A stretch of DNA of 64,000 bases from Halorarum halobium (GTDB taxonomy: Archaea; Halobacteriota; Halobacteria; Halobacteriales; Haloferacaceae), in contig NZ_CP134951.1 of the NCBI RefSeq assembly GCF_032116555.1, forward strand, positions 62,001-126,000, in the 5' to 3' direction. A model generated the notes under the pieces. It saw nothing but the letters and a program-made list of their open reading frames with translations, did not search any database and was not told where the DNA came from. Of this stretch, positions 37,498 through 46,613 are shown piece by piece. Within the stretch, counting starts at the first letter, position 1, and each line of letters begins with the position of its first letter. Both the position numbers and the translations under genes were made by a program.

Positions 37498-39450
37498 CTA
37501 CGCGGCGAGCTCCTCGACGTAGTTGCGGTCCTCGGAGAGCGCCTCGGCGTCCTCCGGGAGCAGCGCGACGACGAAGTACTCGGCGTGCTCCTCCAGGTAG
37601 TCGACGACCCGGGCGATGCGGTCCGAGTCGATTGCCTCCAGGGAGTCGAGCACGATGAACGGCAGCTCCTCGTACACGTCGTGGACGAGATAGCCCGCGA
37701 GCGCGAACACGAGTCCCGTCACCTCGCGCTCGCTCTCGGAGAGGTGGTCGACCGTGTCCCGGTAGGACTGGCCGTCGTCGGTCGAGCGGATGATGTGCAG
37801 GTCGAACTCGGGGCGGGTCACCTTTCTGCGCCCCTCGCGCACCTCGCGCTCGCGCCGCTCGATCCAGATGCGCTCGATGTTCTCGTACTGCAGGATGTCG
37901 AGGACGGCGTCCATGTGGTCGTTGAACGACTCGACGGCGTCCTCCTCGATGCGGTCGACGCGCGTCCGCAGCTCGGTGAGCTCCTCGGCGATCTGCTCGC
38001 GCTCCTCCTCGAGCCCCTCGACGTCGGCGACGGCGTCCTCGCGCTCCTGGATGCGGCCCTCGACGCCCTCGAGCTCGGATTCGAGCCGTTCGATGCGGAG
38101 CTCGAGCTCGTTGGCGCGGCGGTGCTTCTCGATGACCTCGTCGTAGTCGCCCTCGCCGACGCGCTCGGTCTCGTCCTCGAGCTCCTCGACGACCTCGGCC
38201 TGCTCCTCGCGTGCGGATTCGAGCTCGTCGATGCGCTCCTGGGTGGCCTCGATCTCGCTCTCGATCTCGTCGAGCCGTCGCTCGGCGCGCTCGCGCTCCC
38301 GGCGGGACCGCTCGATTTCGGACCGTTCGCTGGAGAGCTCGTCGATCCGGCTCCGTATCTCGTTGCGCTCGTCGAGCTTCTCCTTGCGGATCTCCGAGAG
38401 CAGGTCGACCGTCTCGGCGATGCGGTCGCGCTCGACTTCCGAGCCGCACGTCCAGCAGACCGTCTGTTCGCTCTCGTCGACGAGCTGGTCGGTGACGGCC
38501 CCGTCGTCGCCGGTCGGATCCCCGTTCAGGTCGAGATCGAGCCCGTCGCCGTCGAGCATCTCCTCGTTGAAGCTGATGACGCTCTGGAGCTCACCCAGCG
38601 TGTCGTCGAGCGCGCGCTTTCGCCGCCTGGCGTCGGCGATTCGGTCGGCGATCGCCTCGGGGTCCCGCTCGGCCTCCTCGCTCTCCGCCAGGGTCTCCTC
38701 GAGCGACTCCCGTTCCGCCTCCAGTTCGTCCAGGCTCGTCCGCTCGGCCTCGACGTCGAACTCCACGTCCTCGAGCTCCGAGCGCGCCTCGCGGAGGTTC
38801 TGGAACGCCTGCTCGATGTCCTCCTTGCGCGACCGGCTCTCCTCGAGGTCCGCGTCGAGCTCGTCGATCTCCGCCTGCACGGCCTCGCGCTCCTCGCGCG
38901 CCTCCGCGAGCTTCTCCTGGATCCCGGTGCGCTCGGCTTCCAGGTCCGGCAGCTCGCTCTCGAGCCGTTCGAACTCCTCGATGCGGTCGTCGATCTCGTT
39001 CTTCTCGCGCTCGCGTTCGGCGATCTCGGCCTCGATGCGGTCCGTGTCGATGGGCCGCATGATGATCTCGCGGAGGTCGTCGCCGCGCTCGACCGCGCGG
39101 CGCACCTCGTTGTTCTCGAGCAGGAACGCGAACATGTCCGCGAGCTGCGGGTCCTCGAGGTACGGATCGCCGTCGAAGACGACGGTGTCGCCCCGGCGCG
39201 TCAGCGTCCGCGTGCAGGTCTGGTCGCCGAACTCGAGCTCCACGCGCCCCTCGTCGGCGTCGCCCTTGAGGGACGGCTTCTCGCTGCCGAGTCCCGCCAT
39301 GATCGCCTGCAGGAACGACGTTCGGTTGGTCGCGTTTCGCCCGCTGAGAACGGTCACCCCCGGCGGAAGCGTCACCTCAGCCTGGTCGATGCCGCCGATG
39401 TTGTGCGCCCGGATGTGGACGTCCTGTCGCGTGAGTTCCGTCGATTCCAT
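37498..39450 (-). CDS. Archaea-specific SMC/Rad50-like coiled-coil protein (Sph family)
   Basis: NIGGID, degenerate Walker A GRNATNRTS, long acidic coiled coils with central CWTCGS, LSESER signature, IVLDSLEAID. Confidence 0.9.
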   Translation of the reverse strand: MESTELTRQDVHIRAHNIGGIDQAEVTLPPGVTVLSGRNATNRTSFLQAIMAGLGSEKPSLKGDADEGRVELEFGDQTCTRTLTRRGDTVVFDGDPYLEDPQLADMFAFLLENNEVRRAVERGDDLREIIMRPIDTDRIEAEIAEREREKNEIDDRIEEFERLESELPDLEAERTGIQEKLAEAREEREAVQAEIDELDADLEESRSRKEDIEQAFQNLREARSELEDVEFDVEAERTSLDELEAERESLEETLAESEEAERDPEAIADRIADARRRKRALDDTLGELQSVISFNEEMLDGDGLDLDLNGDPTGDDGAVTDQLVDESEQTVCWTCGSEVERDRIAETVDLLSEIRKEKLDERNEIRSRIDELSSERSEIERSRRERERAERRLDEIESEIEATQERIDELESAREEQAEVVEELEDETERVGEGDYDEVIEKHRRANELELRIERLESELEGVEGRIQEREDAVADVEGLEEEREQIAEELTELRTRVDRIEEDAVESFNDHMDAVLDILQYENIERIWIERREREVREGRRKVTRPEFDLHIIRSTDDGQSYRDTVDHLSESEREVTGLVFALAGYLVHDVYEELPFIVLDSLEAIDSDRIARVVDYLEEHAEYFVVALLPEDAEALSEDRNYVEELAA

Positions 39451-39587
39451 CGTAACATGTTGTTGATTTCACGGGCTTAACTGTTTTTCTTCTCGTAAGA
39501 ACCGGTCCCGCCGGTCCCGCCGCCCGTGACCGTCAGGCCCGCCGACCGCGCTTCGACAGGAGCGAACGCCCCCGGTTCGTCGGCCGA

Positions 39588-40190
39588 TCAGCAGTCGCAG
39601 CCGCCCTGCCTGATGAGCTCGCCGACGGCATAGCCCGTGCCACACTCGCTGCAGACGACCTGGATGTCGACGAACACCTCGTACTCGCGGTCGGTCAGGT
39701 CCTCCGAGTTCACCAGCCCCTCGATGGTCGACTCAGCGACGACCGAGGTGCGCCCCTGGAGCCGTTCGAGCGTCTCGATCTTCCGCTGGACGCGGTCGGC
39801 AGAGCGGTCCGGCAGCTCGGCGTCGCGGTACTTCGTCAGGTACGTGTGGATCGCCTGGTGGGTGACGAAGTCGTCGCGGACCCGATCCACGTCGACGCCG
39901 TCCTGTTCGAGTTCGCGGCGCTTGCGCATCCGGTCGGCCTCGGAGACGTCGTCGCCGGTGAGCACGTCGTAGGTCGTCTCCACGTCGCTCGACAGGGCGG
40001 TCCCGCCGGAGTCTGTGATGGCCGACTCGAGCACGCTCCGGTTGAACTCGTCCGCGAGGTCCCGGAGGCTCGTGCGCTCCCCGCCGTCGCCCGTCCAGCT
40101 CGCCTCGAGTCGCTCCCCCATCCCGACCAGGTCGTACTCGTCGATGACGCGTGCGACCTTGCTGTTCCGCTGGGGACCGGATGTCGTCAT
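39588..40190 (-). CDS. rdfA: RdfA-like (rod-determining factor A family) protein
   Basis: SKVARVIDEYDL, SLRDLADEFN, DFVTHQAIHTYL, C-terminal CxxC...GGCxC; directly upstream of Sph as in haloarchaeal rdfA-sph pairs. Confidence 0.75.
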   Translation of the reverse strand: MTTSGPQRNSKVARVIDEYDLVGMGERLEASWTGDGGERTSLRDLADEFNRSVLESAITDSGGTALSSDVETTYDVLTGDDVSEADRMRKRRELEQDGVDVDRVRDDFVTHQAIHTYLTKYRDAELPDRSADRVQRKIETLERLQGRTSVVAESTIEGLVNSEDLTDREYEVFVDIQVVCSECGTGYAVGELIRQGGCDC

Positions 40191-40388
40191 GAACTCCCCT
40201 TCGCACCCTCCCATTACAAAGGAACCGATGTCGGCGGTCGCGCGGCGGGGACGCGAGGCGTCCAAACCGGTTCGGACGGTTCGCTCGGTTCGTCCGACTC
40301 CTCCATTACAGAGGTATCGGTGTAAGTTCGAGCGGGGGGCGGCGACCGCCGGTTCCCCTCTCGGAAACGGCCGCTCCGCCGCCCGGCG

Positions 40389-41204
40389 CTAGCTGAACGT
40401 CGGGAACTCGTCCTCCGTGTCCTCCATGTTGACGTTCACCTCGATGACGTTGGCGGTGTTGACGACGTGCTCGACGAGTTCCTCGTGGTACTCGGGCTGT
40501 TTCATGCGCTTGACGGGGCCGGAGACGCTGATGGAGCCGAGCACGCGCCCGTGGCGGTTGCGGACCGGCGCGCCGACCGCCTGCAGGCCCTTGATCTCCT
40601 CCTCGTCGTTGAGCGCGTACCCCTGCTCGCGGACCGTCTCCAGTTCCTCGAACAGCGCCTCGCGGTCGGTGATGGTCGCCTCCGTCTTCGCGGGCAGGCC
40701 GTAGCGGTCGACGATCCACTCCACGCGTTCGCGCGGGAGGAACGCCAGGATGGCCTTCCCGGTCGCCGAGAAGTGGAGGTAGTCGGCCCGCTGGAGCTTG
40801 TTCACCTGGTAGCTGCTGCCGACCGCCTTCTCCCCGCTCACCTTGTAGAGGTTGACGCTGAGACCGTGCTGTTCGGCCGCGAGGTGGGCGAACTCGCCGG
40901 TCTTCTCCGCCAGCGTCTCCAGTTCGCTCTTGCCGATCTGGTAGAGCGTGTTCTGGTTCCGCACGTACTCGCCGACGAGCAGGAACTGGAGCGAGAGCCG
41001 GTACGTGTCGCCCTCCTTGACGACGAACTTCTCCTCGCGCAGCGTGCTCAGGTAGTTGTACACGACGCTCTTCGAGAGGTCGAGGTGGTCCGCGAGCTCG
41101 GTCACCCCTGCGCCGTCGAGCGCTTCCAGCGCTCGAATCACGTCGAACGCGCGCGACACCGTCTCCAGGGTCCGGGGCGAACCGGGCGTGGGGTCAGTTG
41201 TCAT
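40389..41204 (-). CDS. IclR family transcriptional regulator
   Basis: GVTELADHLDLSKSVVYNYL, HFSATGKAILA, ISVSGP. Confidence 0.93.
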   Translation of the reverse strand: MTTDPTPGSPRTLETVSRAFDVIRALEALDGAGVTELADHLDLSKSVVYNYLSTLREEKFVVKEGDTYRLSLQFLLVGEYVRNQNTLYQIGKSELETLAEKTGEFAHLAAEQHGLSVNLYKVSGEKAVGSSYQVNKLQRADYLHFSATGKAILAFLPRERVEWIVDRYGLPAKTEATITDREALFEELETVREQGYALNDEEEIKGLQAVGAPVRNRHGRVLGSISVSGPVKRMKQPEYHEELVEHVVNTANVIEVNVNMEDTEDEFPTFS

Positions 41205-41585
41205 GGCGGCGCTTCACGTCCCTCCGACAAAGGTGTTTGTATTTGACGTACGTCCGATTTCCATGGATCGGCCGATACTGCCGTCTCCCGTGAGTCTCCT
41301 CGGGACTCGTCGAAAATGATTCTCTCTTATCACCCGAAAAGACACGTTAAAGGGTCCCAATAGTGGATTTTCCAATATCGAACGTAACCGTTTCCATATC
41401 GAGAATCCGTGTGAACAAGGGGCACGCGACGCGTCGCTCCCCGAAGCGACGCCCCCGCGTGGAATCCGGGCCGTGGAGCGGGTCGTGGAACGTGAACGAC
41501 GGAGTGCAGGCCGTCACGGGAAACCGAGGCCGACGGGCCGTCGCCTCGCGGCCTCGGCGTCAGCCCCCACGTCGTCCCCGGCTCG

Positions 41586-42833
41586 TCACTCCCCGGCCAG
41601 GTCCGCGAAGGTGCCGGCGAGCACGCGCGTCACGGCCGCACAGTCCGCCCAGTCCGTCCACTCGCGGGGGTTGTGCGAGACGCCGTCGACCGAGGGTGCG
41701 AAAAGCAGCGCGGCGTCGGTGACGGTGGCGACGTGCATCGTGTCGTGGCCCGCGCCGGAGTGGAGGTCGAGGGTCCCGACGCCGGCGGCCTCGCCGGCGT
41801 CGTGGAGCGCCCCGCGGAGCCGTTCGTTCATCCCGACCGGGCGGCGGTCCCACTCGTGCTCGAACACGGTCGTCACCGGCCGCTCCGCCTCCAGTCGCGC
41901 GAGGCTCGCCCTCGTGGCCTCGATGACCGACCGGATGGCGTCGTAGGAGACGTCGCGCACGTCGACGGTCAGTTCGACCGATCCGGGGATGACGTTCGGC
42001 GCGTTGGGCGAGACCCCGAGTTTGCCGACCGTCGCGACGGTCGTCTCCGAGACGTCCGGCTCCGTCCCGGTCGCGCGCTCGACGTCGAGCACGAACTCGC
42101 TTGCGGCCGTCAGCGCGTCCGCCCGCTCGGCCATGGACGTGGAGCCGGCGTGGTCCGCCTCGCCCGCGATCTCGACGGCACAGCGCGAGAGGCCGACGAT
42201 GCTGGAGACGACCCCCGCGGGGACGCCGGCGTCGACGAGCCGTTCGGACTGCTCGACGTGGATCTCGATCCAGGCGTCCCAGCCCGCGGCGTCGACGGCC
42301 CCCTCGCCGCGGTAGCCGATGTCCGCGAGCGCGTCGCCCAGCGGGATGCCGTCGTCGTCCTCGATGGCGAGCGCCTCGTCGACGGTCAACTCGCCGGCCG
42401 CGACCCCGGAGCCGACGAGGCCGCCGCCGAAGCGCTGGCCCTCCTCCTCGGTGAACGAGACGACCTCGACGGGCCGCGCGGGTTCGACGCCGGCCTCCTG
42501 GAGGGTGCGGACCGCCTCCAGCGCGCCGTAGACGCCGAGCGGGCCGTCGAAGATGCCGCCTTCCGGGACCGAGTCGAGGTGACTCCCCGACGCGACGGGC
42601 GCAGCTTCGGGGTCCGCGCTCGGGGGACACCACCGCCCGACGACGGTGCCGACCGCGTCGACGCGGACCGTCAGGCCGGCGTCGCGCAGCCGTTCACAGA
42701 GGAACTCCCGCGCCCGGCGGTCCGGTTGTGTCCCCGTCAGTACCGTCCGTCCCCGACCGGCCGCCGACGGAACGGCCCCGAACTCGGCGTTCGCCTCGAG
42801 GTCGCTCCTGAGTCGCTGCTGGTTGACGTCCAT
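41586..42833 (-). CDS. M20 Zn-dependent amidohydrolase (N-carbamoyl-amino-acid/allantoate amidohydrolase type)
   Basis: SGSHLDSVPEGGIFDGPLGV, FTEEEG, EIHVEQ, GEADHAG, SGAGHD, SHNPRE. Confidence 0.9.
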   Translation of the reverse strand: MDVNQQRLRSDLEANAEFGAVPSAAGRGRTVLTGTQPDRRAREFLCERLRDAGLTVRVDAVGTVVGRWCPPSADPEAAPVASGSHLDSVPEGGIFDGPLGVYGALEAVRTLQEAGVEPARPVEVVSFTEEEGQRFGGGLVGSGVAAGELTVDEALAIEDDDGIPLGDALADIGYRGEGAVDAAGWDAWIEIHVEQSERLVDAGVPAGVVSSIVGLSRCAVEIAGEADHAGSTSMAERADALTAASEFVLDVERATGTEPDVSETTVATVGKLGVSPNAPNVIPGSVELTVDVRDVSYDAIRSVIEATRASLARLEAERPVTTVFEHEWDRRPVGMNERLRGALHDAGEAAGVGTLDLHSGAGHDTMHVATVTDAALLFAPSVDGVSHNPREWTDWADCAAVTRVLAGTFADLAGE

Positions 42834-43023
42834 GGCTGACACTGCCCGAGTCGTGGCTCACCCTATTTTACTGTTTGCCAACGTGCGTGACTCGTGGCAC
42901 TTTGCCGCCGAGCGCGGGTGCCGGCGCACTCGGCCGGAACGGCGGGCCGCACCCGGTTTCCGGGCCGCGCGAGCCGGTGACGAACACAAATTTTATTAGT
43001 TATGAGTAATACTGACGCCGTGT

Positions 43024-44700
43024 ATGCAAGACCCTAGCAAGGGGACCGACTCCCCGGACAGCAACGCAACTCCGGCCCGGAGCGGGGCGGGCCGTCGCGC
43101 GTTCCTGAGCGCGGTCGGCGTGACGGGCGCGTCGGCGCTGGCCGGCTGTGCCGGCGGCGGCGACGGCTCCGGATCGGGCGGCACCGACGGCGACGCCGGC
43201 GGGACGGGCGGCGGTGGCGGCGACGAGACCGACACCCCCGCGTCGGGCGGCCCGCAGACGGGCGGGACGCTCCAGTGGGGCGGGGCGGTGCCGGTTCAGG
43301 GGCTCGACCCGCACATCGACACCTCGGCGGCGTCCAAGCGCGTGCTGGAGAACGTGTACGAGGAGCTGGTGAAACTGCAGGACGACTACTCCATCGAGCC
43401 GCACCTGGCAAGTTCGCTGGAGCAGTCCGAGGACAACACGCTGCTGTCGATGGAGCTGGAGGAGGGCGTCACGTTCCACGACGGCTCGGAGATGACCTCC
43501 GAGGACGTGCTGGCAACCTACGAGCGCGTCCAGAACGGCGACTTCCTGGCGACCGGCTTCTTCGAGTACGTCGAGGAGCTGCGCGCCCCGGACGACTACA
43601 CGTTCGAGATCCAGCTGACCCAGCCGTTCGCGCCGTTCATCGCGAAGATGGCGACCGCGGAACTGGCCATCATGCCCGCCGAGAACGCCTCGAAGGAGAT
43701 GGTCGAGGAGCCGATCGGCACGGGCCCGTATCAGTTCGAGAGCCGCGAGATCGAGACGTCGTTCACGATGTCGCGCTACGAGGACTACTGGAACGCCAGC
43801 GAGGAGAGCGGCCCGTTCATCGACGAGATCGTCAAGAGCGAGATCCCCGATCCGAGCGTCCGCCTCCAATCGTTCATGGCGGGCGAGTACGACTTCATCA
43901 ACGGCATCGCGCCCAAGGACGCCTCGCGCGTCCAGAACGACTCCAGCGTCCGCTTCGAGACGCAGTTCCCGAAGTCGCTCGTCTACCTCGGGCTGAACTG
44001 CGACCGGGAGCCGTTCGACGACAAGGACGCCCGCCTCGCGCTCGACTTTGCGGTCGACAAGGGGAAGGTCGCCGAGGCGGCGCTGTACGGCACCGGGCAG
44101 ACGACGGCCTCGCCCGCCGCGCCCGGCAGCCCGTACGTCCACCCGGACATCGGCCCGCGGCCGCGCGACCTCGACCGCGCCCAGGAGCACCTCGACGCCG
44201 CCGGCATGTCCGACGGCTTCTCGGCGACGTTCAAGATCCCGCAGTCGTACCCGACCCAGGTGCAGGGCGCGGAGGTCATCGCGGCCGACGCCGCGGAGGT
44301 CGGCATCGACCTCGAGATCCAGCAGATCACCTGGAGTTCGTGGCTCTCGGACGTGTACACGAACCGCGACTTCCAGGCGACGACGAGCTCCTACCTCGCG
44401 CTCTGGTACCCCGACGTGTCGTTCTACAAGTTCCTCCACCCCGACGGGGCGTTCTTCTTCACCGGCTGGAGTAACGACGAGTACAACTCGCTCGTCGAGG
44501 AGGCCCGCGCCATCTACGACGAGGCCGAGCGCGCGGACCTCTACCACCAGGCGACCGAGATCATGCACGAGGAGCGCGCCGGCCACCTGCTGCTCTGGTG
44601 GCAGCCGAGCCTCTACGCCGCCCAGCCCGCCTACAAGGGCGACATGGGCGCGCCGGACGGCTCCACGCTCCAGTTCCAGGACAACTGGCTCGACCGCTAA
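43024..44700 (+). CDS. ABC substrate-binding lipoprotein, Dpp/Opp (SBP family 5)
   Basis: RRAFL...LAGC, LDPH, FHDGS, PIGTGPY. Confidence 0.92.
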   Translation: MQDPSKGTDSPDSNATPARSGAGRRAFLSAVGVTGASALAGCAGGGDGSGSGGTDGDAGGTGGGGGDETDTPASGGPQTGGTLQWGGAVPVQGLDPHIDTSAASKRVLENVYEELVKLQDDYSIEPHLASSLEQSEDNTLLSMELEEGVTFHDGSEMTSEDVLATYERVQNGDFLATGFFEYVEELRAPDDYTFEIQLTQPFAPFIAKMATAELAIMPAENASKEMVEEPIGTGPYQFESREIETSFTMSRYEDYWNASEESGPFIDEIVKSEIPDPSVRLQSFMAGEYDFINGIAPKDASRVQNDSSVRFETQFPKSLVYLGLNCDREPFDDKDARLALDFAVDKGKVAEAALYGTGQTTASPAAPGSPYVHPDIGPRPRDLDRAQEHLDAAGMSDGFSATFKIPQSYPTQVQGAEVIAADAAEVGIDLEIQQITWSSWLSDVYTNRDFQATTSSYLALWYPDVSFYKFLHPDGAFFFTGWSNDEYNSLVEEARAIYDEAERADLYHQATEIMHEERAGHLLLWWQPSLYAAQPAYKGDMGAPDGSTLQFQDNWLDR

Positions 44701-44715
44701 CCACCTCTCCCCTTC

Positions 44716-45675
44716 ATGTCGATGTATAACTACGTGTTCCGCCGCGTGGGGTTCATGGCGGTCACGCTGTTTTTCGTCACGCTGATCGCCTTCGCCGTCA
44801 CCACCATCCTGCCGGGCGACGTGGCGCTGCTCATCCTCGGGCCGAACGCCACCGAGGAGTCGCTGGAGGCGCTCCGATCGCAGATGGGGCTGAACCGGCC
44901 GCTGTACGTCCAGTACTTCGACTGGGTGTTCGGGTTACTGCAGGGTGACATGGGCCAGTCGCTCCGTTTTAGCGAGCCGGTCTCGGCGCTGGTCGCCGAG
45001 CGCCTGCCCCGGTCGCTCATGCTCGCCGTCTCGGCGACGTTCGTCGCGGTGGTGCTGTCGATCCCGCTCGGGGTCTACGCGGCCATCAACCAGAACGAGG
45101 CGCCCGACGTCTCGGCGTCGATGTTCGCGTTCGTCGGCATCTCGATGCCCATCTTCCTGTGGGGGCTGGTGTTCATCCTCGTGTTCGCGGTGTGGTTCAA
45201 CTTCTTCCCCACCGGCGGCTACGTCCCGCCGAGCGAGGACCCGATGGCCACGCTCTCACACCTCGTGCTCCCGGCCGGCGCGATGGGTTTCGCGCTCACC
45301 GCCTACATCATGCGGATGACCCGGTCGTCGATGCTGGAGGTGCTGAGCGAGGAGTACATCAACCTGGCCCGTGCCAAGGGGATGAGCCAGCGGGTCGTCG
45401 TGCTCCGCCACGCGCTGAAGAACGCGGTCATCCCGGTCATCACGGTCATCGCGTTCCAGTTCAGCTACGCGTTCGGCGGGGTCGTCGTCCTGGAGGAGGT
45501 GTTCTTCTGGCCCGGCATCGGTCGGCTGACGCTGACCGCAATCCAGAGCAGGGACATCCCGCTCATCCAGGGCTGTATCATCGTCGTCGCGCTGATATAC
45601 ATGTTCTCGAACTTCGCCGCCGACCTGCTGTACGCCTACTTCGACCCGCGGATCCGCTACGGGGGTGAGGAGTGA
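44716..45675 (+). CDS. Dpp/Opp ABC permease (DppB-like)
   Basis: LPGD, YINLARAKG, RHALKNA, EEVFFWPGIG, DPRIR. Confidence 0.92.
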   Translation: MSMYNYVFRRVGFMAVTLFFVTLIAFAVTTILPGDVALLILGPNATEESLEALRSQMGLNRPLYVQYFDWVFGLLQGDMGQSLRFSEPVSALVAERLPRSLMLAVSATFVAVVLSIPLGVYAAINQNEAPDVSASMFAFVGISMPIFLWGLVFILVFAVWFNFFPTGGYVPPSEDPMATLSHLVLPAGAMGFALTAYIMRMTRSSMLEVLSEEYINLARAKGMSQRVVVLRHALKNAVIPVITVIAFQFSYAFGGVVVLEEVFFWPGIGRLTLTAIQSRDIPLIQGCIIVVALIYMFSNFAADLLYAYFDPRIRYGGEE

Positions 45676-46613
45676 TGGCGACAGAGCAGGAGGCACCGAC
45701 CGACCGTGGAATCGGCATCAGCGACGCGCGGCGCGAGCGGCTCGGCCGCTTCGCGCGCAAGTTCCGCCACAACACGAAGGCGATGCTCGGGCTGACCATC
45801 GTCGCGTCGCTCGTCCTCGTCGCGTTCTTCGCGCGGCCCATCGTCGTCGAGGGGATCACGGTCCAGCCGTTCTCGCTGGCGCCGTACCCCGTCGCCGAGA
45901 CGAACATCCCCGACCGGACGCAGGCGCCGTCGCTGGCGCACCCGTTCGGCACCGACGACCTCGGCCGCGACATCTTCAGCCGGGTCGTCGTGGGGAGCCG
46001 CATCTCGCTGTACGTCGGCTTCGGCGCCATCTCGGCCGCGCTCGTCGTCGGCGCCGTCCTCGGCGTCGTCGCCGGCTACGCGGGCGGGCTGACCGACGAG
46101 CTGCTGATGCGCGTGATGGACGCCGCCATGGCGTTCCCGCCGGTGCTGCTCGCGCTGACGCTGCTGGTGGTGCTCGGGCCGGAGTTGAGCAACGTCATCA
46201 TCGCGCTGGCGTTCGTCTACACGCCCTACATCGCCCGCGTCTCGCGGAGCGCGGCGCTCGCCGAACGGAACGAGTCCTACGTCGAGGCGGCGGTCGCGCG
46301 CGGGGAGAGCGACTCGCGCATCGTGTTCGCCGAGGTGTTCCCGAACTGCACCGCGCCGATGCTCGTCCAGGGGTCGCTGAACATCTCCTTCGCCATCCTG
46401 GCGGAGGCCAGCCTCTCGTTCCTGGGACTCGGGGCACAGCCGCCCCGGCCCTCCTGGGGGCTGATGATCAACACCGGCCGCGGGTTCATGGAGACCGCGC
46501 CGTGGATGCTGCTGTTCCCGGCGCTGGCCATCGGCATCGCCGTCGTCGGATTCAACATGCTGGGTGACGGGCTCCGCGACGTGCTCGACCCCAAGGTGGA
46601 GGCGATAGAATGA
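45675..46613 (+). CDS. Dpp/Opp ABC permease (DppC-like)
   Basis: HPFGTDDLGRDIFSR, YVEAA, EASLSFLGLG, GDGLRDVLDP. Confidence 0.92.
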   Translation: MATEQEAPTDRGIGISDARRERLGRFARKFRHNTKAMLGLTIVASLVLVAFFARPIVVEGITVQPFSLAPYPVAETNIPDRTQAPSLAHPFGTDDLGRDIFSRVVVGSRISLYVGFGAISAALVVGAVLGVVAGYAGGLTDELLMRVMDAAMAFPPVLLALTLLVVLGPELSNVIIALAFVYTPYIARVSRSAALAERNESYVEAAVARGESDSRIVFAEVFPNCTAPMLVQGSLNISFAILAEASLSFLGLGAQPPRPSWGLMINTGRGFMETAPWMLLFPALAIGIAVVGFNMLGDGLRDVLDPKVEAIE

